A DNA stretch of 64,000 nucleotides from Candidatus Latescibacterota bacterium (GTDB lineage Bacteria; Latescibacterota; UBA2968; GCA-2709665): positions 192,001 through 256,000 of the forward strand of contig OZ242180.1 in NCBI GenBank assembly GCA_965205485.1. Reading direction: 5' to 3'. How positions within the stretch are numbered: the stretch's first letter is position 1; every line of letters starts with the position of its first letter. The position numbers and the translations under genes are program-made. A model generated the notes under the pieces. The model was given only the letters and a program-made list of their open reading frames with translations. It made no database searches and was not told the DNA's origin. Below, piece after piece: positions 57,664-64,000 of the stretch.

Positions 57664-58600
57664 AAGGCTCCTCCAGTGGCGCGCCCTTCGGTTTCTCCAC
57701 CGGGATTTCAGGTTTCTCGAGGTTGCCCTCGGGTAGTTCGACGTATTCAACTCTCAGCGTCTGTTTGATGCGTTTCTTCAGTTCCTTCAGATCGGACCGG
57801 CCGTCCGGCAAATCCTTGATCATCTCTCCATCCGGATAGACCGTGGCGGTAGTTGTCATTCCCATGAAACCCTTCTTCGAGGTCCCGCGGACAATCTGAA
57901 GACCGTCGGCTGAAACAGCCATCCGGGAGTGTACGATTCGACCGTCGCCGATAATCCGAAAGATGAACCCCAGCAATCCTGAGGTCGGACGTCCACTGAG
58001 CCCCCTGATTCGATCGCAGACGAACCAGTCTCCAAAATCCAGCAGCCGGTATGAAATCAGCCGACGAATCGTAATCTTGAGAGTGGGCGTTGACAGCGTA
58101 TCACGGTATGAGTAACGATCCGCGTTGTCCGTCCGGTCTTCCCACCAGATACGGACGTTCAATGCCAATCCGGGCGCCGGCCCTTCGATCACCCTCCGGA
58201 TCACTCGATCCATTCTGTATTCCACTTCCATATGCTGCTCGTATTCATAGGACAGCCTTGCGTAGAGGGGCATTTCGTCTTCAGTGCGTCCGGTGGCCTC
58301 CATAAACGCCCGAAACCAGTCTTCCGAATCGATAAAGAGCGGCGCACCACGCGGGTTGCTTTCCCACGCCCGGTGCGCGAGATGGAAAATCACTTCCCAC
58401 TGAAAACGGGCGCCGTTCGTCGTCGCCGTCGGATCGTAATCGTTAGCATGCCGCATCGCATCCAGTATTTCCTGCCGGCTGGCCACCTGGTACGCCGGAC
58501 GTGACGCACCCGCCTCCTCGCACCTGGTCTGATCGATTGAAAACAGACAGACGAGGACGGTTGCCAGATTCAGTCCCCGAATATAACGGCGTTTTGTCAT
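57650..58600 (-). CDS. Hypothetical exported protein
   Basis: Likely start MTKRRYI with a signal-like hydrophobic stretch. Overlaps the methyltransferase start. The upstream part of the predicted ORF is MITE sequence. Confidence 0.7.
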   Translation of the reverse strand: MTKRRYIRGLNLATVLVCLFSIDQTRCEEAGASRPAYQVASRQEILDAMRHANDYDPTATTNGARFQWEVIFHLAHRAWESNPRGAPLFIDSEDWFRAFMEATGRTEDEMPLYARLSYEYEQHMEVEYRMDRVIRRVIEGPAPGLALNVRIWWEDRTDNADRYSYRDTLSTPTLKITIRRLISYRLLDFGDWFVCDRIRGLSGRPTSGLLGFIFRIIGDGRIVHSRMAVSADGLQIVRGTSKKGFMGMTTTATVYPDGEMIKDLPDGRSDLKELKKRIKQTLRVEYVELPEGNLEKPEIPVEKPKGAPLEEPYDRT

Positions 58601-58711
58601 ATCGAAGATCTTCAGGCCTGTCCGGCCGCATGGAGAGTCGTTCCGGCCATCGAAGCACGTCGTCAATGGGAACGCGGGCAACGCGTCACGGGTTGGCCGA
58701 TTATCGCCTAA

Positions 58712-58871
58712 CAGCCCGTTGAAAAAGCCCATCCGGGCTACGGCCGGCCATTGCGGTCGAAATACTGCGTTGCGCTCCCTCGCCGAATCGAGGGATGGGA
58801 CTCGGTCGCGCGCCTTGTCTTCGTCCACAATGGCTCGGCCTCGCCTGCAGAGCGACTTTCTCAACGGACTG
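58712..58871. mobile_element. MITE, class 2, copy 2
   Basis: Same TIRs as copy 1, flanked by CTAA on both sides (candidate target duplication). Confidence 0.82.
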
Positions 58872-58903
58872 CTAAACCGGAGCCTTCACCGCTACTGATT
58901 TTC

Positions 58904-58932
58904 AATATAAAGGGCGTCTGAAAAGTTGTCAA
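58904..58932 (-). promoter_or_regulatory. Near-consensus sigma70 promoter
   Basis: TTGACA-17bp-TATATT on the minus strand. Confidence 0.75.
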
Positions 58933-59196
58933 GGTGCGGCGCCGTTTTCGACCGATTGTCCTGCCGGAGGTGACTGACAGGTTCCTGCCTCCCGCAAAGC
59001 CATTGACAAGACTGCTTCGAAGATGCAATTTGCCCACCTGCATTTCCTGTGGACGACGCGAAAACGGCGGCCGCGCGCGCTGCAAGTCAGCTCGCGGATT
59101 GTTCTTCCCGCAACCTGTGATCAGAACGGATGCATTTGGAAAACGATCATTTGCCACGTACCCGACGTCGACGGGTCATTTGAAGGGAAGGGAACG

Positions 59197-60138
59197 ATGG
59201 ACATCGTGAGATATCCGGACAGCCGCGTCGAAGTGCTCGACGAGCGCTTTGCAAAGTACAAACTCGGGACCGCCGCCATCGAAATGCTCTGGACGGGCGG
59301 CAGGTGGCTTGAAGGACCGGTATGGTTTGGAGACGGCCGCTATCTGCTGTTCAGCGATATTCCCAACAACCGCATCCTCAAGTGGGAAGAAGAGACGGGG
59401 GACGTCTCGGTCTTCCGCAAACCATCGAACAATACCAACGGGAATTCGCGCGATCGCGAGGGTCGACTGCTATCCTGCGAACACGACGCGCGGCGCGTCA
59501 CCCGCACGGAATACGACGGTTCGATCACGGTACTGATGGACAGTTTCGATGGAAGGCCGCTGAATGCGCCGAACGACGTTGTGGTCAAATCCGACGGTTC
59601 GATCTGGTTCACGGACCCGGGTTACGGGATTCTAATGAACTATGAGGGACACCGGGCCGAATTCGAGAACGACACGAACGTGTACCGTCTCGATCCGGAC
59701 ACCGGCGAAGCGACCGTTGTCGTGAGTGACTTCCAGCGGCCCAATGGCCTCTGCTTCAGCCCGGACGAATCGCTGCTCTACATCGTGGATACCGGGCGGT
59801 CTGACGGGCCCCAATATCCGACTCACATCCGGGTTTTCGACGTTGAAGGCGACCGCCTTGCAAATGGACGCGTCTTCACTGACATGGACCCCGCGTCGGC
59901 GGACGGGATCCGCACCGACGTGGACGGCAACCTGTGGGCAGGGGCATGCTGGGCCGGCGACGGGTACGACGGCGTGCACTGCTTCGCGCCCGACGGCGCC
60001 CTCATCGGCAAGATCCACCTGCCCGCCCCCTGCGCGAACCTTTGCTTCGGCGGCGCCAAGAAGAACAGGCTGTTCATAACCTGCTCCCAATCGCTGTTTT
60101 CCGTATACGTGGAGACGGTGGGGGCGCAGGTGCCTTGA
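59197..60138 (+). CDS. SMP-30/gluconolactonase family protein
   Basis: EGPVW, SDIPNNR, NAPND, PNGLCFSPD and ADG motifs. Confidence 0.92.
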   Translation: MDIVRYPDSRVEVLDERFAKYKLGTAAIEMLWTGGRWLEGPVWFGDGRYLLFSDIPNNRILKWEEETGDVSVFRKPSNNTNGNSRDREGRLLSCEHDARRVTRTEYDGSITVLMDSFDGRPLNAPNDVVVKSDGSIWFTDPGYGILMNYEGHRAEFENDTNVYRLDPDTGEATVVVSDFQRPNGLCFSPDESLLYIVDTGRSDGPQYPTHIRVFDVEGDRLANGRVFTDMDPASADGIRTDVDGNLWAGACWAGDGYDGVHCFAPDGALIGKIHLPAPCANLCFGGAKKNRLFITCSQSLFSVYVETVGAQVP

Positions 60139-60218
60139 ACCGGAAGAGTCACGTTACAGAAAGTAGAAGGAAATAAGTGACGGATTGGAGAAGAGAAAAA
60201 ACGAACCGACGCGTTGTA

Positions 60219-60266
60219 AAAGGAAAAGAAGAAGCCGTCTGCATATATCATGGACGGCTTCTTTCT
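60219..60266. terminator. Bidirectional intrinsic terminator
   Basis: agaagccgtc...gacggcttct hairpin with A-rich and T-rich flanks, between convergent genes. Confidence 0.7.
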
Positions 60267-60421
60267 GGTTCCGGTAGAAGACTTGCACGCAGAGATCTGA
60301 GGGTCGCGGCGCGAGCTAATTTGTCTTTAATGCCTGTTACGTCGCAGGTTCATCGGCGACTGGCACTGTTACTCTTGCTCTCCCGATGTTGCTGTCAATT
60401 GTCGCTGGGAGCAGCAACTCC

Positions 60422-60583
60422 TCATCGGCTCCGGTCGAGATATTTCCGCCCGCCTGGTACTCTTTGCCGTGAGGTCAATGGCGCTCGTTTTACGTTTTCC
60501 GGGATCTCATCGACCGCTTCCGGTGACGTTCTGGCGATCGGGCGTTCTGTCTTGCGCTTTGTCCTGTTCCTCTTTGTCGTCAT
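60422..60583 (-). CDS. Small basic hypothetical protein (53 aa)
   Basis: GAGG RBS then MTTKRNRTKRKTERPIARTSPEAVDEIPENVKRAPLTSRQRVPGGRKYLDRSR. Starts 18 nt after the MTase stop. Below the ORF-track cutoff. Confidence 0.4.
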   Translation of the reverse strand: MTTKRNRTKRKTERPIARTSPEAVDEIPENVKRAPLTSRQRVPGGRKYLDRSR

Positions 60584-60601
60584 GGCGTTTCCTCGCTAAC
60601 G

Positions 60602-61339
60602 CTAACGTCGATTCGCTGGCGGTCTGACATCAGCCTCCTTTAGTCGTTCCTTTGCAATTCCGACATAGTTTCCGTCGATATCGCAACCGCTGAAGCGTCT
60701 TGAAAGGCTCAATGCAGCAATCGCGGTGGTCCCCGATCCAAGGAAAGGATCAACTACCAAATCGCCCTCATTACTGTGTTTTTCAATTAGCTCCCGAAAC
60801 AGCGACATCGGTTTTTGCGTCGGGTGATGTCTCTTTCCGTTGTTCGGTATGGGAAAGGAGTATATCCCGTTGTCGTATTCACTATGAAACGTAGGATTCC
60901 CTGACCGGACACCCGATACGGCAATCTCTCTGCTGTTTGTGAGGTAGTTGCGTTTGCTGTTCAGGGGAACGGGATTTTTCTTAACCCATTCGATGAAACG
61001 CAATTGCTTGAAACCGGCATTGTTCATGCTGTCAGCCAGATAGCTCATCTTCCATAAATCGTAGAAGATTATCGCTGTACCACCTCGACGGAGTACACGC
61101 AATGCCTGTTCAGCCAGGACGTCCAGGTCGATTTTGGCGTGGTCCCATGCACCGAAATCCATGTCCACGGCGAACCGCTCGACACTCCTGGGCCCAACGT
61201 GCTTGAATCCAGTCTTTCGGCTTATGGTATATGGAGGGTCGGTTAAGATCAGATCGACACTCTGATCCTCCAATTCCGACAGAAATCGGACGTAGTCCGA
61301 AGTCTTTATTGTACACCTTCCATTTTCCATGGCGGACAC
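60602..61339 (-). CDS. Site-specific DNA methyltransferase (N6-adenine/N4-cytosine, beta class), orphan
   Basis: TDPPY precedes HPTQKP and DPFLGSGTT. Confidence 0.92.
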   Translation of the reverse strand: MSAMENGRCTIKTSDYVRFLSELEDQSVDLILTDPPYTISRKTGFKHVGPRSVERFAVDMDFGAWDHAKIDLDVLAEQALRVLRRGGTAIIFYDLWKMSYLADSMNNAGFKQLRFIEWVKKNPVPLNSKRNYLTNSREIAVSGVRSGNPTFHSEYDNGIYSFPIPNNGKRHHPTQKPMSLFRELIEKHSNEGDLVVDPFLGSGTTAIAALSLSRRFSGCDIDGNYVGIAKERLKEADVRPPANRR

Positions 61340-61600
61340 TGTCGAGACGGGTGAAAGGATTCCGGGCTGTATGCGGAAGGATTCAGGTCAGGCAGATCAT
61401 GGTCTGAGATCGCGGACGGCGGGCGCCCCCAAGGGACACCCCTACAAACCCGCTATGGAGAGGTACTGCCGAGTACTATCGCGGAAAACGGACGATCTAC
61501 CTATATTTATCACTTCCCTTTTAATATACGCCGGTTTTTCCGGAAAGACGACCGGCAAGTTCGTCTGATCGAGGTGAAATATAGGGAAAGGCGTCAAGAT

Positions 61601-61760
61601 CCCCCCACCGCATCAGCCATCGCCGGCCCTTCGACCCTTCGACAAGCTCAGGGACCACAGGCTCAGGGCAACGCCTTCGACATGCTCAATGAGGGCAAAC
61701 TCAGGGCATCGTCTCAGGGGCGGCTCGGCTACTGCGACTCCACCTCAAGGGGGGAGTGAT
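61601..61760. repeat. CCCCCCACCG...GGGGGAGTGA repeat (family E) interrupted by nested family B units
   Basis: ccccccaccgcatcagcc, then cccttcgacccttcgacaagctcaggg units, then ggctcggctactgcgactccacctcaaggggggagtga. Confidence 0.65.
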
Positions 61761-61899
61761 AAGGATGTGCAGCCCAGCTGGTCGGGTCGAAGTCGAAGAA
61801 TCTCGCGTCCACTCAATCTGACGTGTGGCATGAGCTTACACTGGTGAAATCCCGCTGACGCGACGCCGACACTGAAGTTGTAGAAACGGGATTCCGAGA

Positions 61900-62060
61900 C
61901 GTGGTCATTGAGCTTGTCGAAATGCCCGTGTTTCCTATCCTTTGCTGGCGCTCTTCAGTGACCTTCGCCGACCCTTCGACATTTCGACAAGCTCAATGCA
62001 GGCAGGCTCAGCGAGCGGCTCAGGTCGTGGGCGCCAGTTCCTGAGCCCGTCGAAGGATGC
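61900..62060. repeat. Composite family B element, inverted homolog of 33771-33945
   Basis: Shares cgacctgagccgctc, gtcgaagggtcggcgaagg and acgggcatttcgaca...caatgaccacgt. Confidence 0.78.
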
Positions 62061-62100
62061 CTGACGAGGGACCATGTTGAACTGACGGACGGTATGCGCG

Positions 62101-62143
62101 AAAAAAGAAAAAGGGCCGATCGATATTCAGATTCGGCCCGTTT
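62101..62143 (-). terminator. Intrinsic terminator downstream of infA
   Basis: gggccga...tcggccc hairpin followed by TTTTTCTTTTTT on the minus strand. Confidence 0.7.
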
Positions 62144-62256
62144 GTGCGGATATCTGCAGCAATGTGCCGCGTATGCCGCGGTAAGCTCATGCCTTTCGCA
62201 CAGAAGTCCGCGTGGATTGTAGCTTCTTTTATTTACAGCAAATAATGACCGACCGA

Positions 62257-62541
62257 CTAGCGCCGGCGCCTGGGGCGGTTGCCACCCGTTCTGCGCTTTC
62301 CGCCCGCATTTTCGGGTGGGGGCAATCGGTGCAGCCAGACGATGCGGCCGCGATTCAAATCGTAAGGCGAGGTCTCGATCGTGACGCGGTCTCCCACCAG
62401 AACCCGGATATTGAACCGGCGCATTTTGCCCGACGTGTAACCCAGAATCTGATGCCCGCCCTCCACTTCCACCATATACTGCCCGTCGGGAAGCGTATCC
62501 GCGACGGTTCCTTCGAGTGAGACCTTTTCCTCTTTTGCCAT
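62257..62541 (-). CDS. infA: Translation initiation factor IF-1
   Basis: MAKEE..LEGTV, SGKMRR..IRVLVGDRV and SPYDLNRGRI motifs. GGAGG RBS. Confidence 0.95.
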   Translation of the reverse strand: MAKEEKVSLEGTVADTLPDGQYMVEVEGGHQILGYTSGKMRRFNIRVLVGDRVTIETSPYDLNRGRIVWLHRLPPPENAGGKRRTGGNRPRRRR

Positions 62542-62588
62542 GCTACCTCCAGCTTGAGTTAAGTAGACCTTCTTCAGGTCGAGGTTTC

Positions 62589-62617
62589 AATGTATGTCAA
62601 TGAACAGCCGGTGTCAA
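62589..62617 (-). promoter_or_regulatory. infA promoter overlapping the upstream stop codon
   Basis: TTGACA-17bp-TACATT. Confidence 0.65.
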
Positions 62618-63096
62618 GCAGCATCTTCCAAATACGCAACCGCCGTTGCCAGGGCCTGCTCCGCAATCCGTTCGCGAATCGCATTTCGGTCGCCTCCGAA
62701 CACAAAGCGTTCACATCGGACACCCTCCGGCGTCCAAAGCGCGATATACGCCGTCCCCAACGGCTTCGGCGATCTTCCGCGAATCGGCCCCGCGATGCCC
62801 GTTTCAGCCAGCCCCAGCGTTGAATGACTTGTCCTGCCCACGGCTTCCGCCATGGCTGAAGCCACTTCTTCACTCACCGCGCCGCAGCGTTTCAGCAGAG
62901 ATTGGGATATTTCCAGCGCCTGGGTCTTGGCCGTGGCACTGTAAGGCACCAGTCCGCGCTCGAAAAAGGCCGAACTACCCGGCACGCTCACAATGCGGGC
63001 GCTGATCAACCCGCCCGTTGTGGTCTCCGCGACCGAGAGGGTCCATCCCAGATCGGTCATCAATCCGCATAGCCGCACTTCAAGAGATTCAGACAA
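62614..63096 (-). CDS. CinA C-terminal / PncC NMN deamidase family protein
   Basis: VAETTTGGL, GSS, GAVSEEVA..MA and TGIAGP motifs. Confidence 0.88.
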   Translation of the reverse strand: MSESLEVRLCGLMTDLGWTLSVAETTTGGLISARIVSVPGSSAFFERGLVPYSATAKTQALEISQSLLKRCGAVSEEVASAMAEAVGRTSHSTLGLAETGIAGPIRGRSPKPLGTAYIALWTPEGVRCERFVFGGDRNAIRERIAEQALATAVAYLEDAA

Positions 63097-63184
63097 AGAG
63101 ACCGGACCCCCGTTTCACACCTCAACCCTACCCGAGCGCGGATGCACGCAGCGACCGAAACATCCGTCTTCGCGCCAATACACG

Positions 63185-64000
63185 CTAATACGGCCTTCGC
63201 CCGAACGGGTCCATCGCCCGCAGTTCCGCCTCACCTGTGGGTCTATATGGCGTATCGACCAGCGCGCCGTCTCTAACCGCGGAATCGCCGCGCTCAAGGA
63301 GGAGCTCGATCAACCGGTTTCTCCAGACGGAAACGCGGGCCTCGTCCCCGGCCAGGTTGTTGACTTCGTTCGGATCGACGTTGAGATCGAACAGATACTC
63401 CCTGCCGCCGAGCCGGAACCACATATACTTGTACCGCCCGTCCGTCAGGCAGTGGTGGCGGCGCTGTTCCGCACCGATCTCTCCGTGGAAGATCCGGTCA
63501 CCGACCGGATCGCCGCCTTCCAGCGCAGGCAGCAGCGACACCCCGTCGGCCTGCTCGGGGACGCGGCCGCCCGCCGCCGAGACGAACGTGGGCAGTATGT
63601 CGACGAGCGATACCGGCTTCTCATATCTGCGGGCGGGATTTGCCCCCTCCCATCCTCTCGGCGGCCGTAAAATCAGCGGTACGCGACCGGAACCTTCAAA
63701 GAAGTGAGACTTGAAGAAGAGTCCGAAGTCCCCAATCATATCTCCGTGGTCCGAGGTAAAGATCACCAGCGTGTCGTCCCACAACCCCTTCCAGCGGAGC
63801 GCGGCGAAAAACCGCCCGATCTGATGGTCGATATGGGTAATTTGCCCGAGGTAGTGACTCCGTGCGCGGGCGATCCTCGAGGGCGACAGGCGGTCCCAAT
63901 CGTAACGCAGCGGCGCCTCCTGCAGTTCCGGCGGGAGGAAATCGTCATCGGGCGCGCGGATGGGCGGCGGCACGTCTTCCGGGTTGTACCAGGTGTCGTA
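63185..64000 (-). CDS. Sulfatase-like hydrolase, C-terminal part (truncated at the window end)
   Basis: Open frame from 64000. YLGQITHID, FTSDHGD, RVPLI, DILPT and LFDL..DPNE motifs. Confidence 0.9.
   Translation of the reverse strand, partial: YDTWYNPEDVPPPIRAPDDDFLPPELQEAPLRYDWDRLSPSRIARARSHYLGQITHIDHQIGRFFAALRWKGLWDDTLVIFTSDHGDMIGDFGLFFKSHFFEGSGRVPLILRPPRGWEGANPARRYEKPVSLVDILPTFVSAAGGRVPEQADGVSLLPALEGGDPVGDRIFHGEIGAEQRRHHCLTDGRYKYMWFRLGGREYLFDLNVDPNEVNNLAGDEARVSVWRNRLIELLLERGDSAVRDGALVDTPYRPTGEAELRAMDPFGRRPY

Noticed and set aside
58601..58864. N-terminal extension of the 404-aa ORF (also ORFs 54587-55525, 55283-55570, 55327-55596)
   Set aside because: These translate MITE/REP sequence that recurs in non-coding context.
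60177..60599. 140-aa plus-strand ORF
   Set aside because: It spans a terminator hairpin, has no RBS or motifs, and lies opposite a better-supported small ORF.

Overview
GC-rich bacterial chromosomal window. The host may be a sponge-associated Latescibacterota/Gemmatimonadota/Poribacteria-type organism; this is inferred only from gene content (ankyrin protein, PhyH dioxygenase, sulfatase, TonB-dependent receptor, dense REP/MITE repeats). The left end carries a type I Zorya anti-phage operon (zorA-zorB-zorC-zorD, minus strand). zorD runs off the window and was missed by the ORF track, and ZorC has an unusual basic C-terminal extension. The rest is mostly catabolic and housekeeping genes: acetolactate synthase, a Gfo/Idh/MocA + DMFase-beta-like + PHP operon, M16 peptidase, frameshifted proA, thiolase/DUF35/acyl-CoA ligases, a sugar-acid cluster, HDAC-family amidohydrolase, ABC-F, Lhr helicase, TBDR, MFS, an orphan DNA methyltransferase, infA, a CinA-family gene and a sulfatase. 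The main oddities are an ECF sigma factor fused to WG repeats with an in-frame internal RBS/start, a pRiA4b-ORF3/LexA-type HTH fusion, two classes of MITE with different ends but a shared internal motif, nested REP-like repeats, and a recurrent TATATT -10 promoter variant. I saw no CRISPR array, rRNA, tRNA, integrase or transposase. All annotations come from reading motifs by eye; no database searches were run.
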